Assembly: GCF_006345805.1 (NCBI RefSeq) | Contig: NC_042997.1 | Span: 163,122,001-163,186,000 of the forward strand | DNA from: Octopus sinensis | Lineage: Eukaryota | Length of the DNA: 64,000 bases | Direction: 5' to 3' | Shown: piece by piece, positions 1 to 11,563 of the stretch | Layout: each line of letters starts with the position of its first letter | Position numbering within the stretch: the stretch's first letter is position 1 | Made by a program: the position numbers and the translations under genes | The notes under the pieces: model-generated | The model's database searches: none | What the model saw: only the letters and a program-made list of their open reading frames with translations | Told to the model about the DNA's origin: nothing

Positions 1-249
1 AAGTCATATTTGATATAAGTAACCTCTTGACCAAGACAATTAATTTAATGCTATTCATGTTCTTATATTAGCAATGGAACCAATTAGAATAGAAGCTGAA
101 AACCTCAGTCATGGAAACGCAACCTTGATCATATCTATTATTCTAGAAGAATTGAATCAACAAAATACACCAAAGTTTCTCTTGCTGAGAGAATATGCCA
201 CAAGAAAAAAAAATTATACAGCAAATGAATGAAAACCTGATTAGATTTA

Positions 250-434
250 TTAATTATTTAAATAATTGTCTTTTAAATTGGATGCAACTGACTCTTGACT
301 AATTTTCCCATCAGAAGCCTCATAGCAAAATAACACAACCTGTATGTAAGACTGTTCATTACATAGTTGACAGAATATTCTACTTTGCATCCCAAATCTG
401 AATCCATGACAGTCAAAGGTACCCACACTCAAAG
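250..434 (-). CDS. MEI1: MEI1-like terminal coding exon (LSVGTFDCHGFRFGMQS...NYLNN*)
   Basis: Acceptor ttgtttacaacag; 2-nt lead then 60 codons to TAA at 252-250; AATAAA overlaps the stop; HGFRFGMQS resembles the human C-terminal HGFFQQLQS. Confidence 0.65.
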
Positions 435-699
435 CTGTTGTAAACAATTAAAAGAGCATTCATCTTATGATTAAAAAAAAAACACTAACAAAAACAAAAT
501 GCTCAAAATTGCTGAGAAATTGTTCTCTGTCTCAGTACCCTTTCTCCAGCTTCCACTGAAGCAAAGAAGACCATTTTACATATTGTTTTTTTTTCTTTTT
601 TTGTTTTGTTTTTTGGGGTTTTTTTTACAGTTATAAAATTACAGCCAATTTTAAGTGACAGCATCATCAATAGTTTATGCTTAATAGTTTATCTTTTAC

Positions 700-1070
700 A
701 CTGGACTATGGCCATGCTGGGGCACCACCTTCAAAGGTTTACTCAAATAAATCAACCCCAATATTAATTTTTTAATCTGGTACTTTTTCTTTCAATCTCT
801 TTTTACCAAAACATTTAGTGACAGGGATGTAAACAAACTAATACTGATCGTCAAGTAGTGATGGATAACAAACACAAGGACACACACAAAAACACGCACA
901 CAAATATAGATATATAAACAATGGGCTTCCACACAGTTTCCATTTACTGAATTCACTAACAAGGTATCAATCAGCCTAAGGTTATAAAAGAAAACATTTG
1001 TCCAATGTACAATAAGACTGAACCTGAAACCACATTGTTTCAAAGTGAGCTTCTTAACCACAGAGCCATC
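700..1070 (-). mobile_element. tRNA-derived CORE-like SINE (family B), diverged
   Basis: Reverse complement of the family seen at 27930-28315 (gtggtaagaagcttgc head, ttgtccaatg/ttgggcaagtgtctt core, ctccagcatggc tail). Confidence 0.75.
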
Positions 1071-1144
1071 TTCGTTGTTTTCTTTTATTTGTTTGTTTTT
1101 GTTTACATAAACCATTAGCCCGTTAACATTTTCCATATATATCA

Positions 1145-1545
1145 TCATTTAACATCTGTTTTCTATGCTGACATAGGTTGGATGGTTTGACAGGGGCTGG
1201 TTAGGCAGAAGACTGCACCAGGCTTCTGCCTAACCAGCAGAATAAGGCAGCAAGCTGGCAGAAATGTTAGCACACCAGGTGAAATGCTCAACGGTATTTC
1301 ATCTGCCATTATGTTCTGAGTTCAACTTTGCCTTTCATCCTTTCAGGGTCAATAGATTAAATACCAGTTACGCACTGGGGTCAATGTAATCAACTTAATC
1401 CCTTTGTCTGTCCCCTCTATGTTTAGCCCCTTGTGGGCAATAAAGAAATAAGAAGACTGCACCAGGCTTTACTGCCTGTTTTGGCAGGGTTTTTACGGCT
1501 GAATGCCCTCCCTAACACCAACCACCTTACAGAGTGGACTATATA
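1145..1545 (-). mobile_element. RTE-tail SINE (family C) interrupted by a younger SINE
   Basis: catcatttaacatctgttttc tail at 1145; the element resumes after 1469 with gaatgccctccctaacacc. Confidence 0.7.
1226..1450 (+). mobile_element. tRNA-derived SINE (family A) with 19-bp TSD
   Basis: A-box-like tggcagaaatgttag, B-box-like gagttcaa, gcctttcatcctttc core; TSD agaagactgcaccaggctt at 1207-1225 and 1451-1469. Confidence 0.9.
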
Positions 1546-2094
1546 CACCTGTTATTTTAATGGGATAAACTTGTATGCTCACTATCCTTTCTTTTTAGTG
1601 ACCAAAACTCTAAATCTTCAAATAAGAGGGTTAAACATGAAAAGTAAGAGTTCAGGTTTATTCTTGGGAAATTTCCACTGTTTTATACTTACTATTAACC
1701 AGAAATGACAAGTGCCAGGAAACTGAGAAATACTATCAATAGCAAGTGATCATTTAACAAAATGACCTAACATCTGTATAAAACTGAAACAAAATGTTTG
1801 TTACATGATCATTTTGATAGTTTCATTAACAATGCATAATACAATGACTCATACTGGGAAAAATTCTTAATATGCGTTTGTGTGGATGTGTGTGTTTATT
1901 TATTTATATATCTGACTGGAGCTGCACTAGGCTTCAATTTGTTTTGGCAAGGGTGTCCAGCTATAGAAACCAAGCCAAAACAGACTAGAGCATGGTGAAG
2001 CTCCAGTCAAACCCCTCTAACACATGCCAGCATGGAAAATGGACAATAAATAATGATGATGGCATTATATTTATATATATATATATATATATAT

Positions 2095-2320
2095 ACAACT
2101 TATAAGTAAGGGCTAAAGAAAATTATTTCAATGCCAATATGCTGATAACAGACTATTAAATCGTCAATTTCCACATATGATTTACTCACTACAGAAAAAA
2201 CCGAAGTTATTCGGTTTTTTCTGTAGCGAGTAAATTATATATGGAAATTGACGATTTAATAGTCTGTTATCAGCATATTGGCATTGAAATAATTTTCTTT
2301 AGCCCTTACTTATAAGTTGT
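2095..2320. repeat. Near-perfect inverted repeat, 111-bp arms, 4-nt loop
   Basis: Arms 2095-2205 and 2210-2320, loop gtta, 3 transition mismatches; the surrounding element is flanked by (TA)n on both sides. Confidence 0.95.
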
Positions 2321-2415
2321 TTATAATTTTAACCGTAAAGGTATTTTAATATGCTGCCACATTTTTTGATGAAATTTTTTTTCTGTAGAGAAAAATAACT
2401 TCATCCTATATTGTA

Positions 2416-2472
<57 letters not shown>

Positions 2473-2489
2473 AATCTTTCATCTTTTTC

Positions 2490-2795
2490 TTGTTTCAGTA
2501 TTTGGAGCAATGCCTTGAAGAGTTTAGTCAACCTTAGAATATCTAAGTCTAGTGGGTCTTTTTCCTTTGGCCAAGCAGCTGAGTTATGGTGATGTAAAGA
2601 AGCCTACACCAGTTGTCAAAAGCACAGAGAGAGAGGGGGGAGAGAGAAGAGAGAGAGAGGCTTCCACACGAATTCCATCTACCAAATGCATTCACAATGC
2701 ATTGGTTGACCCATGGATATAGTAGAAGACAGTTGCCCAAGGTAGCTGCATAGTAGGACTGAACCTGAACTATGTGGACCACAGAGCCATGCATA
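2490..2795 (-). mobile_element. SINE family B copy
   Basis: gttgcccaaggtagctgca...ctgaacc head and ggagcaatgccttgaag tail, in reverse orientation. Confidence 0.7.
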
Positions 2796-3653
2796 TCCAC
2801 ACACACAGACACATAAATGCTTAAGGTAGAACAGAAAGAACACCAAACAGAAACCATCAAGACACAACATGCGGAAAAAAGCATGATAGCACAACAATGG
2901 CAAACAGAACAAAACAAGATAGTCGGAGTCCAGAATGTCTTTGTAGTTTCGCCCTCACTTATCTCTGATACTACTCAAAACTGGCTGTGCCAAGGACTTA
3001 AGCTAAAAGCATTAAGCCTCTGGGAAAGGCAAATGAATGTACATATACTAAAACAAATAAGTAAACAACAGATGAACATAACATATGGAATAGAATTATA
3101 CATATACAATGTACAAACGCCTTTTGGCTACACAACAAAAGGAAAATAATCATACAATTACAACAAAAGTAAAACAAAACCAACAGGGTGTTTCAACTAT
3201 CAGAGGAGTATAGTAAGCTAGTGCAAAGAAAATGGAAATGGAAAATATCTTAACAGGGTAGAACAGAACAAACATGACCAGTCACAAAGGTGGCCGGCCA
3301 AAAAAGGACAACAATGCCTGAACTGGACAGTGATCATGTGATAGAGGAGGAGAGGAGTTGAAGAGGGCAGAGGGACTAAGGAATAAGAGAGAGGGGAACA
3401 CACACATGGCTGAAGCCAAATTCCAAAAGCAATATTTTCTGATTGAAAAAACATCTTCAAAATAAATCAGAAACTTATTTCCATTATTATCAGCTTTGCC
3501 ATATATCTTTTGGTCAGTTTGCTACTGCTTTTCATGTATACCATCCTAAATTTAAATGCACATTACCCACTTTCACCATACATAGAGAAGTAAGTTTAAA
3601 ACAATACACACACACACAACACACACACACATTTTTATATATATATATAGGTA

Positions 3654-3815
3654 CAGGCGTGGTTGTGTGGTAAGAAGCTTGCTTCCCAACCACATAGTTT
3701 CAGGTTCAGTCCTACTGTGGGACACCTTGGACACAAGTGTCTTCTACTATAGTTTTGGGCCAACCAAAGCCTTGTGAGTAGGTTTGGTAAACAGATATTG
3801 AATGAAGCCCATCTT
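3654..3815 (+). mobile_element. SINE family B 5' part
   Basis: ggcgtggttgtgtggtaagaagcttgcttcccaaccac...gttcagtcc...caccttggacacaagtgtcttctactatag. Confidence 0.85.
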
Positions 3816-4576
3816 TGACAAACAAGTAACGCACATATATTGAATATGTGTATCAATAATATGTATATATTGTGAGATCATGGGTTCAATTCCCAGACCA
3901 GTGCCAACATTTTTTATCAAAAAAATTTAACAAGAAAAAAGTTTGGGGAATCTGAAATGAAAACCAAACTGCTGTAAAAACAAACCACAAAAAAGGAACA
4001 CTACATCATTGAAATACTATAGGAAGTATTCTTTATAATTATTTGTTCTGAGATGATGGAATTGGCGAAAACAGTAAGTAAATAGATTTAAATTTAAATT
4101 CTTATTGGTATCAATCTTGTCTTTTACTCTATAAGGAGTAATATGAAACAAAAACTAGTAATAAACAAGAGATGAATTGAATTGACTAATGTACATCACA
4201 AACAAAAAAAATATAGTCTAGTAATTGGTATAATTGTTATTATCACTATTAGAAATTATAAATAACCATTGATAGCTTTCTTTGCAGAGGATAACTTGAA
4301 AAAAGATTTCATAAGTTAATAATTTAACATTTCACTTAAGCATTGCAAGACTAATAACCTGGTGTACAACTCAATCTAAATATACTTCAGAATGAAGCAT
4401 TAGTCGAATGCAGAGCCATAATAAGAAAAGTGATGACAAAGGAATAAACAATTATCTTATAAACTTCATTAGCTTATGGCTGTTTCTGCTACAAGATGCA
4501 GTGAGCTCATAGCTGAATGTCTGAGTAACACCTTATAGCTTCGTTGGAGCCCTAACTTAAAATTTTATATCTTTAA

Positions 4577-4797
4577 CCCTTTCGTTACCAACCCGGCCAA
4601 AACCGGCTCTGGCTCTGTAATACAAATGTCTTGTTTTCATAAGTTTTGCATTAAAATATACCACCAAACCTTAGTCACAATTTATGTTCATAATACTTGC
4701 TGAATGATAACTAAGTTATTTTACTCAATTCTTTGTTAAATTTAAAATAATTGAAAGAAACACAGAGCATCTCAAAATAAATACAGTAACAAAAGGG
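4577..4797. mobile_element. piggyBac-like MITE
   Basis: TIRs ccctttcgttac / gtaacaaaaggg with TTAA on both sides (4573-4576, 4798-4801); a related copy starts near 41408. Confidence 0.85.
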
Positions 4798-4973
4798 TTA
4801 AAATAAAGTTCCCTCCACTCCCATGATTCTGAATAAAAAAAAGCAAGTGAAGTCCATCCCATTCAGAGTTGCAAATCAAAGTTAAATTTTACAGCAAAAA
4901 AAAAATTTATGAAAAAATAATAAAATAATCTTATGGTAGGTTAAGAATTACTTGCAATTTCTTTTTTAACTAC

Positions 4974-5034
4974 CAAGAACTGAAACAACTCTAGATGTAA
5001 CCACTGCTGTGCTACTTTGCCAACTTAATGAAAA
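4974..5034 (-). CDS. MEI1: MEI1-like candidate exon (FSLSWQSSTAVVTSRVVSVL)
   Basis: Acceptor ctgtattcctag, donor g|gtagtt; phase 0 to 1 bridges the 6402 and 434 exons; resembles FMRYRSSSVLSHEEVGDVL. Confidence 0.45.
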
Positions 5035-5147
5035 CTAGGAATACAGCCAATAATCAGTGTTCAGTATGGTCTGTGCAATGAAGAGAAGTTCAAGGAATTT
5101 CTAACAGGCTTTGCTACATACATACGTACGTATATACATACATACAT

Positions 5148-6162
5148 GATGGCTGTCCATTCATGACCGAGGAATACCCTTGCTGACCTTCAGGAACATT
5201 GTGCACTCTAGGACTAACTTATATTTTGCATTTGTGGCTTTGTTTGTATTTAATGAGCCCTGCTCTTGACAAGCATACACAACTACAAACATTGCAGACC
5301 AAGCTTTCCCCATTCACTACACCAGCTGTGCGCTTTCGTGAACATGCTTAAGTTCTTCATGCTGAATGTGCTCTCTCAAAAGTGTCGACCCCATCCTTAA
5401 CCTATCTCCTCCATCTGTGATGATGACAGGCATTGTTCTCCCAGTTAGTCTCCTGCATATCACAGGCCTTTAATGAGGACTTGACACAGTCCTTAAATCA
5501 CAGCCTTGGTTTTTGCCGGGGTCGCTTTCCATTCACAAGTTCTCCATATAGCATCTGCTTAGGGATCCTGCTATCCTTCATTCTAATAACGTGTCCAGTC
5601 CAACGTAACCATTGCTTGGGCACCCTCGCCTCAATGCTCAAGGTATCAGCTGTCCTCAGGACCTGTGTGTCTGGAATTTTTAAGGTCCAACCAACATTGA
5701 GAATATGTATGAGACATCGCTGATGAAAGCGTTCAAGGACCCTTACATGACGCTTGTAAAGGGTCTATGTCTCACATGAGTAAAGTAGCAATATCAGTAC
5801 ACATGCATGGTACACAGTAATTTTTGTTTGTCTTCTGATGCTATGCTGGGACCAGACACGAGACTGAAGAGACTGGAAGGTTCACTACAGTTCACCTTTT
5901 CTAGAACCTCCCAGTGGTCTTTCAGCACACCAAACACCATCCCAGAATTTCTGCGTACCCATGTTAATGTTACATAGCCGTTGAGCCTGCACTAGGTTTA
6001 TTCAACCTTTCCACAGGTCTTGTTTTTAATCCTGCTGGGTTTCTAGCAACCCTCCTCACCAGGATAGCCTGGTGTAGGGTGCCAGTTTAGTTGCCGGCAA
6101 CCCAACCATGCAACAAGTTGTACTGGATTATATGTTACCAATATGAGAGCCTAAGTGACTTG
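5148..6162 (-). mobile_element. Degenerate RTE (BovB-like) LINE remnant: 3' ORF end plus probable 5' leader
   Basis: Minus translation RIPKQMLYGELVNGKRPRQKPRL...FKDCVKSSLKAC...VCNVC (RTE C-terminus) with stops; flanked by (CATA)n on both sides. Confidence 0.8.
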
Positions 6163-6401
6163 ACATACATACATACATACATGAGGCCTCATAAGAGACC
6201 TCACTCACACACACATACATACATAAAGAGGTTCTCAAAGAACATAGAATCTAAGTGATATGAATTGCGTATTTGGTGAGTAATAATATATAGCAACGAA
6301 GATAGAAACTTATAGAAAGTTTTAAGGAGGGGAAAGTAGTAACTAAATTATGCAATACAAAATGAGAGAACAAGATTAATACAAATGAACTAAGAGAGCA
6401 C

Positions 6402-6530
6402 CTGAATTTGAAGTGTTGTTTTCAAACGAGAAAACTGAAATAACATGTCAATGTTTGGAGCATATAACAAGATAATTGGATGAACAAACTGCTGAGGCTG
6501 ATGATAGATGATATCCAAAGTAAAGCTGAA
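6402..6530 (-). CDS. MEI1: MEI1-like exon (FSFTLDIIYHQPQQFVHPIILL...LQIQ)
   Basis: Strong acceptor aaattttctttag, 43 open codons, phase 0-0, weak donor gtgctc; FVHPIIL resembles FLRPEIL. Confidence 0.55.
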
Positions 6531-7806
6531 CTAAAGAAAATTTGAAATGTTAAAAGAGAAATGTGAAAAACAAAATTAAAAAAAAAAAACAGAAAAAAAA
6601 GTGAAAAGCAGGATTAGTAAAAAAAAAAAGAAAATTAAGATGGAACAAATGAGAGAGAAAAAGACAACTACTGGAACATATCCAGCAAACTGATGTATAA
6701 ATAAGGATGATAACAAAGAAAAAAGGGTTATTTTAAACAAGAAGCCATTTTTTTTCCCATTTGTATTTTCTTTCAAAAATATTAACTATTAGTTGTTATT
6801 GAGCAACCAGTCAGCCTATATTTATGATTCTATAAGGCATCATTTTATTTATTTGTTACTTTTGTCAGGGTTTGTTGCTTTTGAAAGGGTTATGGATGCT
6901 ATTCTTTCAAAGTGTGTCAATAATTCTTTAAGGGCCTCTGAGGAGGAGGATAGGGACAAGTTATCCTCAAAGCAGAGACTTTGCCTAGTGTTTGAAAGTG
7001 AGCTCCACCAAAGGCACTCATGGATCACATGATGGTGGTGTTAAACCAAGACAAGCAACCAAAACTTCAGAACACAGAGAATCAGAACAAGGTATTTCAT
7101 CCAACGCTAACAAGTCTACCAGCCCACTGCTCTATACAGGCACTTTATTTATTAAACCCAAAAGCATATGGAGCACTAAAACAAATGTTATTCTAAAAAT
7201 GCTACCAAGTCATTGCTATAAAACTGACAAAAATTGGTTTTGTTACTTTTTCTATAAATATCATGAAACCATATTCCCTAAAATGGAAAATATAACATTA
7301 GCTATTTTCAGTAATGACTGTTTAATTATTTCACAATATATTTCTTGCTTTATATTTATTAATAAATATGAAATGTGTAATGTTTTATTAATCACCTAAC
7401 TGTGGAGGCTGAAAACTGCTGACAATATTCTGTGATATAATGGAGATTTAGTCAAATAACTCAATCACAGTATTACTGGATAATATTAGGCTCCATTTCC
7501 TTCTCCCTGCACTCATCAGCTGACAAATCTGTCAGTGAAAAAATAAATAATGAATTTATCATTTTCCTCATAGCTTAGCTAGAGGAAAAATAGTAACACT
7601 AATGATCTTTTACTGGTCCTCTGAGAGTGGTTATGAAAAGAAGAATCTATCCTCACAATGGATATGTGGTCAAAACACTTTCCACAGAATACATTCCATT
7701 AAAGATAGCCTAAGGTATTTTTAGTGGAGTTTAAAACAGAGCAATAGATATGGTGTACCATCCAAGAACAGGTTGAAACAAGCTTCCACAATTTTTGTTT
7801 ACTTAC

Positions 7807-7949
7807 TTTCATTCCCAAGGATTGGGTCAAATGGCGGCTAGATGTCATATAGTGGGGGTGGAGTAACGTGCCATATAGTAAGATGAAGCATGATGCCATA
7901 AAGCAGGGTTTGAATCCCGAGCTATATGACAGAAGCAAATTTCTTAAAC
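7807..7949 (-). CDS. MEI1: MEI1-like exon (LRNLLLSYSSGFKPCFMASCFILL...LGMK)
   Basis: Acceptor catcatag, consensus donor aaa|gtaagt, open frame, phase 1 to 0; LRNLLL resembles LQNLLV. Confidence 0.65.
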
Positions 7950-8249
7950 CTATGATGGCAAATCAAACTTCTTAACCACATTGCTATACCTATTATTAGT
8001 CAGCTTATGAACACAGATTTGCTAAAATACTTTTCCAATAAGACATGGATAATAACAGGCCAAGTATAAAGTTTGATTTGTGAGAAGAGAGTAATCCCCT
8101 GTCTAGATTAAGATAGGCAGTTCCCTGAAATCAGCTTAAACAACAAAGTTCTTATGTCAAAAATCAGTTAGAAAATATTTATTAAAAGAAATAGACGTAA
8201 ATTAAGTTAATCTTTTTCATGTAAACCATGCTTCAGGAATTCATTTTAC

Positions 8250-8453
8250 AAAGTGAAATTAATACTATTGATAAACAAAAAGTTTCAACATTTGTTGTAA
8301 TTACTTTACATACAATTTTCAGTAATACGAAAGAAACTAAATAAATCCACTCTCTTCTCTGTAGGAACTTAACAGATGTAAGACCATATAAATAAAAAGA
8401 TCCTTGATCAGCCATCGTTATTATTTTATTGTCAAGCAAAGACCATAAGAAAA
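8250..8453 (-). CDS. MEI1: MEI1-like exon (FLWSLLDNKIITMADQGSF...SIVLISL)
   Basis: Acceptor cctctttatag, donor t|gtaaaa, 67 open codons, phase 1-1; WSLL...QGSF resembles WLL...KGSL. Confidence 0.6.
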
Positions 8454-9679
8454 CTATAAAGAGGATCTTAAAACATCCAAGTACTTAAGATCACTTTTCA
8501 ACCTATGATACAAAGCCCTCCAACCTATCACAATTTCTATCTAAGAACATTTGGAAGTGGTTTCAAACACTAAATAATTATGGGAAAGTTAGTTACTTGA
8601 CTCAACCCATCTAAATTCTTGATTATATTCAAAATTAATTGAAACACATGGATTAGAATTACGGCCACCATAGGAGTTAAACTGACCTACCTGACTGTCA
8701 AATAAGGAAGAAATGTCATGATCTGTCAAAACACACAGTTGAGGGATGCACACACTGAGTATGAGCTAGGGTTAATACAACTTTAAACTATGCAATGACA
8801 AGTGAATTTCATTACAGACATGTATAGTAATAATCAGCCTGAGGTATGAACAAGAAAAGCTAAGTTCAAGTCCCATAGGATTCTCAGATTTCTTTTTAGC
8901 CTTATACTCTTAAGTATCATTTAAATGTAAACATGTATTTAACATTCAATTGGCAGCTAAACATCAATAAATTTAACTAAAAAAAAAATTCTTTTTAATT
9001 CAATTCAGCTAAATTTGGAGACTTTTCCATTTTATGTTCTGTCTTCTCTTGGGACAAAACGAATTGATACCTACTTCTCACTCCACACCACCGGGAAAAA
9101 AAAGACCTATTGGGTATTTTCCACAGCCATAATGTCCCAAATTCCCATTACAGTAATAAAAGATAACCAAATTAGGAATTTTCAAAAGCAAGACAACAAA
9201 CGAAAGAAACAAATACTATTAAATAGGTAACAGAAATTAAGTCTCGTGGGTGTAGTTATAGATGTGCTCTTGAAGAAGTTTGCTTTGCAATTACTGTGCA
9301 ACACCATAGGCAAATGTCTTCTACTATTGCCTCAGATGGACCAATGTCTTGTGACAGAAACTTGGTGAATGAAAACTGTACAGAAGCCTACCAGATGGAC
9401 CATTCCTGTTCTTGGGTAACAGACTTTAATCCACCCAGTTAAAACACCATTGCTTGACCATTGATTGCCTTTTGATAAGCCCACACTGGTTTAAGAATTC
9501 AGACCATGTCTCCTGTCTGAGGATGACTTACTCCATTCCACCCACTTGTCTTCAAGTCCCCAAAAAGAGTTATAAAAACTGACCTTCCTCCTTTTATTAT
9601 GCCATAAAAATATTTAAAACAGCTTCTTAATTGGGAAAAATAATAAATCCTATTTTTGTGCTTATGCCACTCACTTTGG

Positions 9680-10015
9680 AACCACATGGCTTTGGGTTTA
9701 GTCCCACTGCACAGCACCTTCAGCAAGTATTTTCTACTTTAGCCCCAGGTCAACCAATGTTTTGTGAGTCAATTTGGTAGATGGAAACTGTGAAGAAGCC
9801 CATGTGTGTGTGAGTGTGTGTGTGTTTGTTCCTTCCTCACCATCTTATCACTGGTGTTGGTTTGTTTATGTCCCTGTAACTTAGCAGTTGAGCAAAAGAA
9901 ACAAATGGAATCGGTACCAGACTTAAAAATAAATACTGGGGTCAATTCATTTGACTAAAAACCCTCAAAATGGTGCCTCAGCATGGCTACAGTCCAATGA
10001 CTGAAGCAAGCAAAA
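9680..10015 (+). mobile_element. SINE family B copy
   Basis: aaccacatggctttgggtttagtcccactg...gtccctgtaacttagcag...cagcatggctacagtccaatgactgaag. Confidence 0.8.
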
Positions 10016-10410
10016 AAAATTAACAGTTACTCAAAAATAAATAACGCCTTTTTCTTTTTTTCCTAAATTTATTTTCGTCTAAATAATTTTAAAATTCTTT
10101 AAAGCTTGAAACTTTACAAACTCCAAATTAAGTAGATTCTAAATGTTAGAGCTAAAAGCAAGGCTTCATAACTAGCTAATTAACTAACCAAAGAGAAAAT
10201 AACCCAATGATTCTAATTATATATGCCGTATAATTAAAACAGAATTAAAACAGATGGTAATTTATACAACTTCCATAAGTAGGTTGAACTAATTATATAA
10301 ACATAGCATTGTGTAACTGTGGATCAGTTTTCGACAAATTTATCACACAAATCAAGTAAAATTTTCAGAATAAAACATTACATTTTGTCTATGAAAACTT
10401 TAATTACATT

Positions 10411-10615
10411 TCAATATTTTGAAGATATGAAATTACTTAACATATAAATTATCAGTTGAAATATTAAACTCAATTTCTTATGCTTGTTTTTGTTTTTTTG
10501 ATTGTCTTTCTGGTATATCATTTCAAGCAGCAAAATCTCTGATAAGGGCCAATGCAGTCCTATAATGTGCGCTCCTTCTCTTCTTTCTACAATGGGCATC
10601 CTCCTCTTCCAGCCT
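10411..10615 (-). CDS. Possible MEI1-like exon (HWPLSEILLLEMIYQK...); boundaries unresolved
   Basis: 62-codon open frame weakly resembling LPLLLSLLSLMQLR in the expected order; phases not reconciled with neighbours. Confidence 0.3.
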
Positions 10616-11563
10616 TAAAATGTGCCTCCTACTTCTCCCAACCCTACACTATGTGACCCTTTCAACAATTTTTTCTTTCTTCAAATTCCTTCAAGCATTG
10701 CCCTTTTTGCACAAGTTAAAGAATGCAGCTGGAAAATTATAATTAACTTTCACACAAGAAATCTTTACCATGCATGCCACTGGATAAATCTGATATCTTG
10801 TGAAATTTCAAATACTTGATGCCAAATCATGTGACAGAGTCTAACACTACATGACACTCATCTATCCCACTCCAAATCTGTCCTCCATCCTCTTCTGTTC
10901 CAGAAGTGACCTTTTCTGCTTTTTCTTTTTTTTTGGTTTTTTTTTTATTTTCATGTTTTTAGTTGGAGTAAGAAATTTTGTTAAGAATTTGAGCAGCACC
11001 ACCAGATTTTTATGCCCAGGATAATCACCTAATTTGCCTAATGTACAGTATCAGCCTTGTTTCTGATTATTTCTGGTGCTATATTACTAAACAATTATTC
11101 CAGAAGAGAAATACAAATATACACAAATGAAAATAAGACAGTCTCATGTAGGTTCTGCAATGGCTAGATCACTCTTCCATGATATAAATGCTCCAGTTTA
11201 AACAAATACAACTCAGAAATAATACAATTCTACACAAAAGTTTCAAATCAGAGAATCAGAAAACTCATGGAGAATATCTTTGTCTTTATCCAAGAAATAT
11301 TTAAATAGTTTCTCCTCAAAAGTAACTTGATTAATGGCCACTGCTAATTGAAGATACCTCAGCGATGCGCGTGTTTGTGTATGCTTAACCAACGAGAAGG
11401 GCAGAGTCTATGACCTTTTTTAGGACCTCCCCAAGTTGGAGACTTGGTCCAAATGTTTGTAACAAAATAAACTCTATTAAAGCCACACAAAAGCTAAATA
11501 GTGGTATGAATCTGCATGTCAGATTAAGATTTAACATCAATGAATGTCACTTCTCATACGTTG

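Noticed and set aside
1246-1330. tRNA-like A/B boxes here and in other SINE heads
   Set aside because: No cloverleaf; these are SINE promoters, not tRNA genes.
5035-5097. In-frame extension KFLELLFIAQ...YS* upstream of the 5034 exon
   Set aside because: The TAG is simply the acceptor; the 6402-6530 exon already supplies the homologous segment.
6992-7399. 135-aa plus-strand ORF
   Set aside because: No splice context or recognisable domain; the second half is AT-rich intron-like sequence.
9120-9225. Minus-strand frame YLFLSFVVLLLKIPNLVIFIT as a MEI1 exon
   Set aside because: Weak similarity and a phase incompatible with the 8453 acceptor; left unresolved.
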